A stretch of DNA of 64,000 nt from Eledone cirrhosa (lineage: Eukaryota): contig OZ024747.1 of NCBI GenBank assembly GCA_964016885.1, forward strand, positions 60,760,001 through 60,824,000, read 5' to 3'. Below are positions 14,507 through 29,013 of this stretch, one piece after another (within the stretch, counting starts at the first letter, position 1; the number at the start of each line of letters is the position of its first letter). The notes under the pieces were generated by a model. It saw only the letters and a list, made by a program, of their open reading frames with translations, was not told where the DNA came from and made no database searches. The position numbers were made by a program, and so were the translations under genes.

Positions 14507-15176
14507 CACTTTAGCAAGATATTCTTGAAAAGTATAAAGAACACAGCACTTTATATAATGAAAGACTTTTCTCTGATAGTGCAAATTTTCACAATCTGTC
14601 CACTTGTAAAGATGCTATAAACGTTTCGAATAACAAACCACACAAAATTACATTAGCAAAACATTTTTTGAAAATAAACAGCAACAGTACATTAAAAACT
14701 AAAATATTTACTTTTCAAGAATTACAAATTTTCACAACTATCTGTCCAATATTAAAGATACTATAAACTTTTGAATTAAACCCCATTTTTAGATATTTTC
14801 TACTAAAATATTATCCAATGTTAAGAGTTAAAGAGCATCACTTTGTATGTAAAAAGATACACTTATGCTTTCCTCTGCCAAAATTACAATATTAAATGTT
14901 TATAATAATAGACATTGTAAAAACAGAATAAAAGACACATTGTTCTTCAAACGGAGAACTGTCTCCTCCGCTTCCTAAACCATCCTAGCCACCACCTCCT
15001 CTTCAGTTTCTATGATTGTGTTAGTTATTCATCTATAGAACTGTGCCTCCTCTTCCACCTCCTCTTACTCTTTCCTCTCCTCCCTCCATCTCTGTCTGGC
15101 TATCAATATCTCTACAGGATAAGTAGATGATGTCAAATCATAGGTGACTGTTAGAAGATTAATGGAGCCACACCCC

Positions 15177-15208
<32 letters not shown>

Positions 15209-15469
15209 ATACATGTGTGTATATATATACATATATATATGTATATATATATATGTGTGTGTGTATATATATATATATATTATATATATATGTGTGTGTG
15301 TATATATATATATATTATATATATATGTGTGTGTGTATATATATATATATTATATATATATATGTGTGTGTATATATATATATCTATATATATATACGTA
15401 CATACATGCATACATACACATTTATATATATATATATACATATATATATGTATATACATATATATATAT

Positions 15470-15536
<67 letters not shown>

Positions 15537-15588
15537 TATATATATGCGTATATATATGTGTATATATATGTATATATATGTGTATATA

Positions 15589-15619
<31 letters not shown>

Positions 15620-15684
15620 CTATATATATGTATATCTATATATATGTATATATATATACATACATACATGCATACATACACATT

Positions 15685-15715
<31 letters not shown>

Positions 15716-15716
15716 G

Positions 15717-15819
<103 letters not shown>

Positions 15820-16175
15820 TAAACAAAGCTTCATACACACACACCACACACACACAAACATTTTATTGTCTCGCCTAACTTACCTTTGTTTCCCAGGTCA
15901 ATATTTAAAAATATTTATTCTTTCATTCCTTCATATATGTTTGTATGTATGTATGTGTGTATGTGTGTTTGTATGTTTGTATGTATGTATGTATGTGTGT
16001 TTGTGTGTTTGTATGTATGTATGTATGTATGTATGTATGTATGTGTGTATGTGTGTATGTGTGTATCTGTTTGTATGTATGTTTGTATGTATGTGTGTAT
16101 GTATGTTTGTATGTATGTATGTATGTGTGTATCTGTTTGTATGTTTGGATGTATGTATGTATGCATGTATGTATT

Positions 16176-16216
<41 letters not shown>

Positions 16217-16281
16217 TTGTATGTGTGGGTGTGTGTTTATATATATATGTATATATGTGTTTATATGTATGTATATGTATA

Positions 16282-16312
<31 letters not shown>

Positions 16313-16323
16313 GTGTGACTGTA

Positions 16324-16386
<63 letters not shown>

Positions 16387-16991
16387 ATATGTATATATAT
16401 TAATCTTTTATAAGAGAAATATTTGAATATTTTTGAAAGACAGCTTAAGTCTGAGACCATTACGACTTAGTCTGATTGTTATCTCACTAATTTCATCATT
16501 CCACTATTTACCAAACTTTTGTTAGAATCGTTCATTTTTTTTCATTTTCTTTCATATTCACAACATAAATATATCTCTCCCTTTTCGACTAACAACCTAT
16601 TATTGTAAGCTATCATTTTGTAATATAAGATCTTTTAGAATCAAATGAAATATTAATGTAGCATTCTATCTATCTCTCTCTCTATCTATCTATCTATCTC
16701 TCTCTCGCTCTCTCTCTTCTCTCTTTCTCTATATATATATATATATATTTATATATTTATGTATATATATATATATTTGTCTATCATTCTATTTGTCAAG
16801 CTATGTATTTGTATATATATATAATACATATATATGTATTATATATATATATATAATACATATATATGTATTATATATATATAATACATATATAGTACCA
16901 GTAATGCACTGGGTAACTGCTGGCCTTGTGCCTAAAGTAGAAACAATTATATATATGTATTATATATATATATATATAATACATATATATG

Positions 16992-17029
<38 letters not shown>

Positions 17030-17150
17030 CATATACTCCTCTTTCTCTCTCTATATATATGTGTGTGTGTGTGTCTGTGTGTGTGAGTCCACCCCTCCCC
17101 CTCTCTCTCTATATATATATATGTGTGTGTGTGAGTCTACCCCCCCCCCG

Positions 17151-17198
<48 letters not shown>

Positions 17199-17414
17199 AG
17201 TGTCTGTGTGTGAGTCTACCCCCTCCCCCTCTCTCTCCAATAAAGGGAGACATTATAGTTGGCTAATTTGACCCCAATATTTAGCTGTCACCTGTTTAAG
17301 TTAAGTTTAGAATGATGACAGGCCAATATAAACTTGGCTGTCTTGGAACACATTGAAACTAAACATTGTAAACACAGACAGTCTCCACTGTCCTAGTAAT
17401 CAAGTGACATGATC

Positions 17415-18267
17415 TGGATTGGCGGTATCGGTAGAGGGTCGGACACCATGCTTTGACGCATAGAGTTACGGCCGTTTCCATTATGAGTTCAAATCCCACC
17501 GAGGTTAACTTTGCCTTTCATCCTTACGGGGTCGATAAAATAAAGTACCAGTCATGCACTGGGGTCGATTTAATCGACTTTCCCCTCCCTCAAAATTGCT
17601 GGCCTTGTGCCTATATAAGAAACCATTATTACTTTTATTATAATCAGTAGAGCGTTGGACAACATGCTTTTCAGCATTGAGTTACAGTACTTTATGTTCT
17701 GAGTTCAAATCCTACAGAGATCCACTTTGCCTTTCATTCTTATGGGGTTGATAAAATAAAGTACAGGTTACATATTGGGGTTGATTTAATCAACTTTTCC
17801 CTTCCCCCAAATTACTAACCTTGTGTCTGAACCAGAGACTATTATCATTGGTAGAGTGTCAGACAACATGCTTTGCGACATGGAGTTATCGCAATTTATG
17901 TTCAAAGTTCAAATCTTGCCGAGGTCAACTTTGCCTTACATCCTTCTATGGTTGATAAAATAAAATACCACTCAGGTGCTGGGGTAAATTTAACAGACTT
18001 TCCCCTGCCCTTACATTACTGACCATGTATCTAATATAGAAACCATTTGGCAGTATCGGTAGAGAGTCGGACACCATGCTTTGCAGCAAAGAGTTATTAT
18101 AGCGTTGGACAACATGCTTTTCAGAATTGAGTTACAGTACTTTATGATCTGAGTTCAAATCCCGCCAAGGTTAACTTTGCCTTTCATCCTTATGGGGTCG
18201 ATAAAATAAAGTACCAGTAATACACTGGGATAATTGCAGGCCTTGTGCCAACAGTAAAAACAATTAT
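17415..18267 (+). mobile_element. Head-to-tail cluster of about 4 family A SINEs
   Basis: Four B-box/central-domain units in tandem. Confidence 0.85.
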
Positions 18268-18479
18268 GATCTACTCTAACTTAGTGACCTAATGGTTTAG
18301 TCACCTTCTCACGTATCACCTTGGTGACCTTCAGGTGGCTATTAAGTGAGAAGTGAGAGGGACAAAAATAAATATTGTTAGAAAATATATGTGTATGTCA
18401 CCACCATCATAATTATCATCATCAATATCATCCATTTACGCCCCCCCCCCTCGACTTCCCTCCCACCCCTGTTCCAGCA

Positions 18480-18730
18480 AAGTAAGACATCTCTCCACAC
18501 ATCGCGACCCTTTGTCATCACCTCTGTGAGTCTTAGTGATTTAAGGTCAGTTTTCAAAACCTCTGCCTGGGTCTTTCTTTGGCTACCTTTACAATGGCTT
18601 CCTTCCTTCCACTGGAATTTCATGGCTCTTCTTCCCCCAATCATCATTGTCCATACCAATGCAGTCTTCTCTCCTCCACACCACCTTGGATTCCTCTTCA
18701 ACCCTGCTTCCCTTTCCAATTGTCCAAGTG
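18480..18730 (-). mobile_element. RTE-like LINE 3' fragment; similar fragments at 24150-24295 (+) and 27890-28150 (-)
   Basis: RKTQAEVLKTDLKSLRLTEVMTKGRDVWR; RPRKTWDDLINSNL...DRDVWR; RWLGHV. Confidence 0.65.
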
Positions 18731-19730
18731 ATGATTTTCTCTCATAAATACAAGATGGTTGGATAACATCCATGAGCTTGGCTGGTCTCACTTGGGGATG
18801 CAGTTGGAAATGGTTGCTTCTGACAGGACCAGCTGGAAGGAGTGTTTGAGGACTCTGCCTCCGCAACACTCTCAACAAGAAGAAGAAGAAATATGAAAAG
18901 AAGAAGGAGATTAAAGAGTCATAACTGAATGCCCCAAAACATTTTGACTTATCCTTTTCCAAATCAATCCAATCCACTGCCCTAATAATTTCTAACGTTT
19001 AGACACAAGGCCTGCAATTTAGGGGAAGAGGAAAGTCAATTATATTGACTGCAGTAGTTGACTGGTACTGTATTTTATCAACCTTGGAAGGATGAAAGGT
19101 AAAATTGATTTCAGTGGAATTTGAACTGAGAACATAAACAGTTGTAACTAAATGCCTCAAAGAATCTTACTGCACTACATATTCATCAACCTTAATTTTG
19201 TTATAATAATTGTTTCTACTTTTGGCACAAGGCCAGCAATTACCCAGTGCATTACTGGTACTTTATTTTATCGACCCCGTAAGGATGAAAGGCAAAGTTA
19301 ACCTCGGCGGGATTTGAACTCAGAATGGCAAGGGCCGTAACTCTATGCGTCAAAGCATGGCGTCCAACCCTCTACCGATACTGCGAATCCATAATATTAA
19401 TATTAATAAACATGTGTGTCTAACCAATAATGGCGGGGGATAGAGGAAGGATCGAAGTCCTATCTGTTGTACTTAATGACCTCTAACTAAATAACAAACA
19501 AAATATTGGATATCTTTGAAGATGAATACCGTTTTTATATCTGCAGTAAAACCTTCTTTTTATTCACACATTTCATACTATATATATATATATATACACA
19601 CACACATATATATACATGTGTGTGTGAGTGTATGTATAAATTTGTATATATAAATTTGTGTATGTGCGTGCATATTTGTGTGTTTATATATATATATATA
19701 TATATATACATATATGTGTGTGTGTATATA

Positions 19731-19778
<48 letters not shown>

Positions 19779-19835
19779 CACATACATATATATATATATA
19801 CACACATATATATACACATACATATATATATATAT

Positions 19836-19884
<49 letters not shown>

Positions 19885-19925
19885 TATATATATACACACA
19901 CATATATACATATATATGTATACAA

Positions 19926-20005
<80 letters not shown>

Positions 20006-20538
20006 TGTTTTCAAGTTCTGCTGTCCTTTGATTCTGCTCATCTGAACTTTATCTTCAATTTCACTTTACACTTTCTTTCTTTCATCTTGTATCTTCCTGT
20101 CTTAATCTCACCACCATTGCCACCATTTTACGCAAGACATGTCTTTCTCCTCCACCCCCGCCTACCTGAATACCAAGGTTTTCTTTATTTCCTTGTTTCT
20201 GTTGTTGTTGTCATTTAATTGTTGTTTTCTTTCAAATGCTGAATGTTTACACATGTCTGCCACCTACTTTCTCAGTCATCTCTTCCTTCTACTCTCCCTT
20301 ACTCTCTCTCTTTCTCCCTTACTCTCTCTCTTTCTCCCTTACTCTCTCTCTTTCTCCCTTACTCTCTCACTCACTCACTCACTCACTCACTTACTCTCTC
20401 ACTCACTCACTCTCTCAACCACTCACTCACTCACTCACTCACTCACTTACTCACTCACTCACTCAACCACTCTCTCAGTATTCCTCTCTATCTCACTCTC
20501 TCTCTCTCTCTTTCTCTCTCACTATATCTCTTTGTCAC

Positions 20539-20571
<33 letters not shown>

Positions 20572-20657
20572 TTCATTCTCTCTCTTTTATTCTCTCTCTT
20601 GCTCTCTCACTATATCTCTTTCTCTCTCTCTCTCACTTTCTCTTTCTCTCTCACTTT

Positions 20658-20692
<35 letters not shown>

Positions 20693-20715
20693 ACTCTCTC
20701 TCTCTCTCTTTCTCG

Positions 20716-20748
<33 letters not shown>

Positions 20749-21581
20749 CCTCTCTCTCTCCCTCCCTCTCTTTCTCTCCCTCTCTCTCTCCCTCTCTCTT
20801 TCTCCCTCTCTCTCCCCCTCTCTCTCCCTCTCTCTCTCTCTCACTCTCTCTCTCTCTCTCTAACTATATATCTTTCTCTCACTTTCTCATTCTTTCTCTC
20901 TCTGCCTTGCTCCCCCCCTCTCTCTCTCTAAAGTGTGGAGTTGGTGCTGCGACAAAATGCACCCAATACACTCATTAAAGTAATAGGGATAATACGACTA
21001 TGAAATACACCTGGTACACTCTGTAAAGTGTTAGCTTTTGGTGCCATGATGAAAGTACAAGCTGTAAAGTGGTTGGCTTTAGAAAGAGCATCCAGCTGCA
21101 GAAACCATACCAAAATATGGAATGTATGAGTAAGACAGTTAACCAAACCAAACCAATCCCAATCTATTCTTGCAGCATCACAACCCATCCAACCCATACC
21201 ATTATGGAAAACAGATGTAGAATGATGATGATGATGATGGTGGTGGTCAAACACATGCACAAACAGGCAGACACCCACATGCATGCAAATACACCCATGC
21301 ATGCAAACACGCACACATGCATGCAAGCACACACACCCATGCACACAAGCGCACACCCCCATGCACATGTGCACACACACATGCATGCACACACACACAT
21401 GCACATGTATGTGTGCTCACTTACAGACATCATCATCACCATCATCATCCATCAATTTAATGTCTCCCTTCCATGCATGGGTCTCCTGTTTTGGTTTTGC
21501 CCTTAAAATCTGTAAAGGGACATAATAATCAGATACCACAAAATATTTTATCTGTCACTCTGTTGATCCTTAATATTAATA

Positions 21582-22185
21582 ATAATTGTTTCTACTTTTG
21601 GCACAAGGCCAGCAATTACCCAGTGTATTACTGGTGCTTTATTTTATCGACCTCATAAGGATGAAAGGCAAAGTTAACCTTGGCGGGATTTGAACTCAGA
21701 TCATAAAGTACTGTAACTCTTTGCTGCAAAGCATGGCGTCCAACTCTCTACCGATACTGCCAAATGGTTTCTATATTAGATACATGGTCAGTAATTTAAG
21801 GGCAGGGGAAAGTCTGTTAAATTTACCCCAGCACCTGAGTGGTATTTTATTTTATCAACCATAGAAGGATGTAAGGCAAAGTTGACCTCGGCAAGATTTG
21901 AACTTTGAACATAAATTGCGATAACTCCATGTCGCAAAGCATGTTGTCTGACACTCTACCAATGATAATAGTCTCTGGTTCAGACACAAGGTTAGTAATT
22001 TGGGGGAAGGGAAAAGTTGATTAAATCAACCCCAATATGTAACCTGTACTTTATTTTATCAACCCCATAAGAATGAAAGGCAAAGTGGATCTCTGTAGGA
22101 TTTGAACTCGGAACATAAAGTACTGTAACTCAATACTGAAAAGCATGTTGTCCAACGCTCTACTGATTATAATAAAAGTAATAAT
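21582..22185 (-). mobile_element. Three family A SINEs; inverted duplicate of about 17626-18267
   Basis: Shares copy-specific variants (tacagagatccactttg, ttcaaagttcaaatcttgcc, accactcaggtgctgggg). Confidence 0.9.
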
Positions 22186-23672
22186 AATCACAAGTAACTC
22201 TATATTTCTAAACATGAGCTCTATTTACCATTCTCTGTATATCACATCAATATAAACCATCCTCATGTCGAGATATTTATGGATAAATTCTTGTATTAGC
22301 ATTGAGATTACTTTCCTAATTTTGGTCTTGTGATATGTCAAGTACTGTACACCTCAAATGGATTCTTAATACACAATTTCTTCAAAATGTTCTTTATTGA
22401 TCTGTAGTATTTTTTTCTCCTCCATTGATGGACTTCAGGAAAAATAAGGTGGTTGGAATTTTGAATCATTGTTTTCTAAGTAGAAAACTGTCTTGTTCAG
22501 AAAGACTTTTTACCATAAGTTGACTACTGTTGGCATCTAGATACCAAACATACCTCTAACTGTTCTCTCACAATTGTTTGTTATTGAAGAATTAATGTTT
22601 GAAGTCTGTTGTTAAGATTGCTACTGACATATTCTAAAATGGTCCATTATCTCTCACATTGTTCCACTGAAGAATTATTTTCTACTTAACAGATATAAAA
22701 AAAGAGACAAACACAAATACATATGGACAAAAAAAAAAATAAAAAGAGCAAAATCATTTAGCTACGAGATTGCTCAAGGCTGTTTCATAAATATTTTAAC
22801 AGAAATCATGTTATAGCATCATCATCATCATCATCATCATTGTTAATTAAACATTGGCTCACCCATGTTGAACTCTGTTTGACAGGTATTCTCATCAATT
22901 TATATCTACACACTTTGACACCTCACCATCAATTCATCATGTAGATCTAACACTCAACTTACCTGCTTTACACAAATCAGTTCTTTCTGCAGCTAACCTC
23001 ACCATCCTACATACACATAATTACTCTACAAATATTGTCAAATTTTTTTATAGAATCACACCAGCCCCATCAGATATTCTAAATATAATGGCCACCACTA
23101 CCTCAAATAATCAGAAGAAAATCTTTATAATAATTTTCTTTGTCGTATAAATATATTTCTATTTTCATTCCGTTGTTTTCTTAGAAAAAAAAATGGTAAA
23201 AACAAAGAATTGTCTTAACATAGTTCCTTGAAAGCCATTTAGAATTAGTTTTGTTCTGTCATTCATTATTCTCAATCTATCGTAGTATTTCCCAAGACAT
23301 GGTGCCTTATGGGGAAATGCTGAAATAATCTTTGGTTTACATAGAACAAAGACCCCCCCTACCCCCTTAAAAATGTCTTAGTTCTCTCTGCTCTTTGCAT
23401 CTCTGTCAAAGATGTCTTGCTTTTGCCAATTTCTTTTCTCCAATGTTTTAGAAAATATTCTGTACAAATATCAAGGAAATATTTTCTTTAGTGTCTTCAG
23501 AAGAGTGGTGAAGACTTTGTATTTCTACATTGTTGAGAAGAACAAACATGGAATGATTTACATTCTATGTTTGATGGCTAGCTCTGTCTGAAAAAAAATG
23601 TTACATTTCTAGCTGATTGCTCTTTAAAGAACTAGCTTACGTTTTATTTATTATTATTATTATTATGCTTGT

Positions 23673-25812
23673 TTGGCAGTATCTGTAGAGTGTCAGACAC
23701 CATGCTTCACAGCATAGAGTTACGGCTCTTTACATTCTGAGTTCAAATCCCGCCAAGGTTAACTTTGCCTTTCATCCTTACGGGGTCGATAAAGTAAAGT
23801 ACCAGTAATGCACTGGGATAATTGCTGGCCTTGTGCCAAAAGTAGAAACAATTATTATTATAGTGGTGGATAGGCACTATTGGCAATAGGCTTTGTGGCA
23901 TAGAGTTACATCTCTTTACATTCTGAGTTCATAAGTAGATTGGCAGAATCATTAGAGCATCAGACAGCATGCTTAGCAGCATACAGTTATGGCCCTTTAC
24001 ATTCTGAGTTCAAATCCTGCTGAGGTTAGCTTTGCCTTTCATCCTTACAGGGTCGATAAAATAAAGTACCAGTAATGCACTGGGGTAATTGCTGGCCTTG
24101 TGCCTAAAGTAGAAACAATTATTATTATTATTATTATTATTATTTTATAGACGGTAGTCACGGAGTAGACAGACCCAGAAAAACCTGGGACGACTTGATA
24201 AATTCCAACCTCACACACTTACACCTCTCCAAGACAACGTCACTGGACCGAGATGTTTGGCGCTACACAGTAATAAAGAAGACCCGCCTTGCCTAAGTAC
24301 AAAGTGAAACCTACTACAGTCAGTAGGCACCTCTTAACAAAAATACACCCCGTCCCACTACTCCCACCTCATCCACACCACCCCTTTCGATGTAAAGTTA
24401 TGTTGGTACCACAACATCCAGTCCGAAATAAATGAGGTCGTGTAGGTGTCACGACAAAAAAACACAGTCCACGCTGTAATGTGGCCGTGTAGGTAACACG
24501 GTAAAAACCTCCCAGTTTCACACTGTAAACGTGGTTGGTGTTAGGAAGGGCATCCAGCCGTAGAAAACCTGCCACAGTCCACACTGTAATGTGGCCGTGT
24601 AGGTAACACGGTAAAAACCTCCCAGTTCCACACTGTAAACATGGTTGGTGTTAGGAAGGGTATCCAGCCGTAGAAAGCCCGCCAGACAGTCCACGCTGTA
24701 ATGTGGCCGTGTAGGTAACACGGTAAAAACCTCCCAGTCCACACTGTAAACGTAGTTGGTGTTAGGAAAGGCATCCAGCCGTAGAAAACCCGCCAGACAG
24801 TCCTATACGAGCAAGACAACAAATCTTGCCTCAAGTGGGAAAATTCCCGTCCTAACCCATGCTAGCGTGGAAGATGGACGTTAAACGATGATGATGATGA
24901 TGATGATGATAAGGGCAGTAGATTGACAGTGTCGGTAGAGCATTTTACACCATGCTTTGCAGCATACAGTTACAGCTCTTTATGTTCTGAGTTCAAATCC
25001 TGTCGAGGTTAACTTTGCCTTTCATCCTTACAGGGTCGATAAAATAAAGTACCAGTAATACACAGGGGTCGATTTAATTGACTTTGCCCTCCACCCAACA
25101 TTACTGGCCTTGTGCTTAACTCAGAAACCATTCTTATTATTATAAGGGCAGTGGATTGGCAGTAATCGGTAGAGTGTCGGACAGCATGTTTTGCGGCATA
25201 TAGTTACATCCCCTTGTGTTCTGAGTTAAAATCCTGCAGAGGTTAGTTTTGTCTTTCATCCTTACAGGGTTGATAAAATAAAGTACCAGTAATGCACTGG
25301 AGGTTGATTTAATCGACCCCCAACCCCTCACTCCCAAAATTGCTGGCCTTGTACCTAAAGTAGAAACCATAATTATTATTATTATATCTCCATTGAAAAC
25401 TATAGAACTAACATACTGTTGTTGTTTTTTCTTTAAATTGATTGTCAAGTCACAGCACAACACCTTAGAACTTATAATGTACCAGTAATGCACTGGAGTC
25501 CATTTAATCAACTTTCCCCTCCCAAAATTGTTGGCCTTGTGCCTAAATCTGAAAACTATTATTATTATTATTGTTGTTGTTGTTGTTGTGTGCAATGGTG
25601 TGGCAGTATCAGTAGAGCATCAAACGACATGCTTTGCAGCAGATAGTTTTGGTCTTTTACATTCTGAGTTCAAATCCCACCAAGTTTAGATTTGCTTTTC
25701 ATCCTTATAGGGTCGATAAAATAAAGTAGCAGTAATGCATTGGTGTGATCTAATAAACCTTCCCTTCCCTCTTTAAATTGCTGGCCTTGTGCCAAAAGTA
25801 GAAACAATTATT
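23673..25812 (+). mobile_element. Clusters of family A SINEs (23673-24122 and 24912-25812) flanking an RTE fragment and a family C SINE
   Basis: Repeated B box and central domain, all on +. Confidence 0.8.
24420..24910 (+). mobile_element. Family C subfamily copy with internal about 108-bp triplication; other copies at 26548-26770 (-), 26828-27048 (+), 63170-63381 (+)
   Basis: acagtccacgctgtaatgtggccgtgtaggtaacacgg...tagaaaacccgcc repeated three times. Confidence 0.82.
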
Positions 25813-25929
25813 ATTGTGACCTGTCACACTACATAAACAAATACAGCTCTGTGTGCCTTTCTTATGAGCAGTGTTATGTTTTAAGTGTTGTTATTACTAC
25901 ATTAAAGATACTCTTTATAATATATATAT

Positions 25930-26500
25930 ATGCAGTGCCTAGTAGTACTATTTTCTGAATGTTGTATATATTTGTAAACTCTGGGGTTTGGTTATGTACT
26001 TGACTGGGTTTTTTTTATTATTATTCTCAAAACATGTATCATAGACATTGCTTCTGTATCGATCATCTGCATATGGATTGTTAATATTTCTAGATCTTTA
26101 TATTTGGATAATTTCTCCATTTCTTTGTGAGACATATTATCATCTGTGGTGACTGATTCATCAAGTAAAAGACATTTCTTCTCTTGTTCTTTCATTAATA
26201 ACTGGTCAATCAGTTTTGATCTCCCTCTTTATATATTGACATATCCCAGAGTATTGTTGCTTTATCTGTCTCTAACACCTTCTCTGGCATATGTAAGCCT
26301 ATGCCCCACCATTTCTGTTGGTATTTCATAATGCTGGCAACACTTCCCAGGTATCTAAATCTGGATATGTAAGTTGCACTAGTACATAAGTCATATCCAC
26401 ATCTTACATACATCCTTGGCTCAGTATTTATATGTATTGAGCTTTTGTATGTTCAACATTTAGTTTGCCAGCTGCTTTTCATAGTTTTGTGGGTAAAGGT
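25930..26500 (-). mobile_element. Degenerate RLE-type non-LTR retrotransposon (R4/NeSL-like) C-terminus
   Basis: PEKVLETDKATILWDMSI and KCLLLD.SV..DDNMSHKEMEKLSKYKDLEI in shifted frames. Confidence 0.72.
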
Positions 26501-28342
26501 GCAACTCATACACAGCCATACACGGTATGTATATATATATATATATATCATCATCATCATCATCGTTTAACGTCCGTGTTCCACGCTTGCATGGGTTTGG
26601 ACGGGGGTTTTCCCACTTGAGGCAAGAGTGATTGTCTTGCTCGCATAGGACTATCTGGCGGGTTTTCTACAGCTGGATGCCCTTCCTAACACCAACCACA
26701 TTTACAGTGTGGGGCTGGGAGGTTTTTACCGTGTTGCCTACACGGCCACATTACAGCGTGGACTGTCTGGCATATATATATATGTGTGTGTGTATACTTA
26801 TATATATATTAAAAAAAACAAAAGAACCACACAGTCCACGCTGTAATGTGGCCGTGTAGGTAACACGGTAAAAACCTCCCAGTCCACACTGTAAACGTGG
26901 TTGGTGTTAGGAAGGGCATCCAGTCGTAGAAAACCCGCCAGACAGTCCTATACGAGCAAGACAACCAATCTTGCCTCAAGTGGGAAAATTCCCGTCCAAA
27001 CCCATGCTAGCGGGGAAAATGGACGTTAAACGATGATGATGATGATGATATTTGTATATATATATATAATTGTGTTTATGCATATATATGTGTATATATG
27101 CATATATATTGTGTGTATACATACATATATACACATATATATGTGTGTGTGTATGTGCATACATAAATACATATATATATATGTGTATGTGTGTGTATAT
27201 ATATGAGGGAGAAGAGTGTAATTGGCTGGAAGGGAGGTAATCCTTGCTATAGCTATATTCCTCTCTTTGGTGATTTTCTCCAATTTTTTCTCTTTTTCTG
27301 GCTTTCTGACAGTTCTTGATTTCTAAATTATTTACAACCAGAAAAAAAGCATTTTTTTCCTTTTCTTTTCTTTTCTTTTCTTTTCTTTTCTTTTCTTTTC
27401 TTTTCTTCATCCTCTTCTGTTCTGTATCCTATTCTGTTTTTCGTTGTATGTTGTCAACTTTACACCACCTACACCACCCATCCCCCCATTTCTCGGTACT
27501 TTTAGTAACAAATCATATTGAAAAATTGATCAAGAAACTTTTAAAAAAGAAACAAAATTGCTTCCTTCATTTATTTTTTTCTGAAGGTCATTTCTTAAAT
27601 TTCCTCCAAAACCATTCATTAAAAACACACAGGAACTTTATTCAGCCATTTTTCAAAACCGAAAATTACTAAGAAATGCTGAAAAGAGAAGGAAGAGATT
27701 TTTTAAAGAACTTTAATTTCCTGATGTATCACAAATCGTTCCATTAATAATAAAAACAAAAACAAATTTTAAAAAAAAAAGCAAAAAAGCAAAGCAACGA
27801 CCATATGAAAGTATTCAAACAAACCCATAATTCAAAGTCTGTTTTATTTTCACTTTTATATATATATAACAACAAACAAAAATATGTTGCATTTTAAGGC
27901 CATTTTTTCTGTAGGGGTTATTCTTTTTGCTGGGCCCCACAACAAGCTTTTACATTTTGTTGTATCTCCTGCACCTACCTTACCAACACACTGGCTTTCG
28001 TATCCTCCTTCATCATCTTTAGCCATGTTTTTTGTGTGTGTTCTCTTTCTCCTACTTCCTTTAAGCTTCGTTTCTATCCCTCCCATCACTTAGTCACTTT
28101 CATACTTCTTCAACACATGACCTAACCATCTCATTCCATTTCTCTGCAAAACATTCATCACTGGATTTATTATATACCCATGCAAGCATGGAAAATAGAT
28201 GTTAAATAATTATGATGATGAGGATATATATATATCATTATGTATATATTTTATATATTTATATATCATTATGAATATATTTTATATATTTATATACCAT
28301 GATGTATAGATATTATATATATATATATATCATGATGTATAG

Positions 28343-28376
<34 letters not shown>

Positions 28377-28871
28377 AGATGATGTATATTATATATATAT
28401 CATTATGTATATATTTTCTATATTTATATACCATAATATATATATATTATATATATATATATATATCATGATGTATATATATGTATATATATATAATATA
28501 CAACATGATATACATATATATATATATCATTTCATTTTCGTTCATTTCATTTTACGTCCACTTTTCCCTGCTTGCAAGGGTGAGACGGGAACTGATACTG
28601 GCTTGATTTCTACAGCTGGATGCCCTTCCTAACACCAACCTCATTTACAGTGAGTGCTGGGTGCTTTTTTTGCCGTGGCACCTCCACGACCACTTTAGAG
28701 TGGAATGATAGGGACCCCAGTCCCTATCATCTCATTTCTACAGCTGAGTAAACTGGAGCAATGTGAAATAAAGTGTCTTGCTCAAGGAAATAACACATCA
28801 CCTGGTCTGAGAATTGAACTCACAAGCTGTCGATTGCAAGACCAATGCTCTAACCACTAAGCCATGTGCCT

Positions 28872-28957
<86 letters not shown>

Positions 28958-28981
28958 ATGTATGGAATATATATCATGATG

Positions 28982-29013
<32 letters not shown>

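Noticed and set aside
22550-22690. Possible minus-strand exon (AG...GTATGT)
   Set aside because: Stop codons in all three frames.
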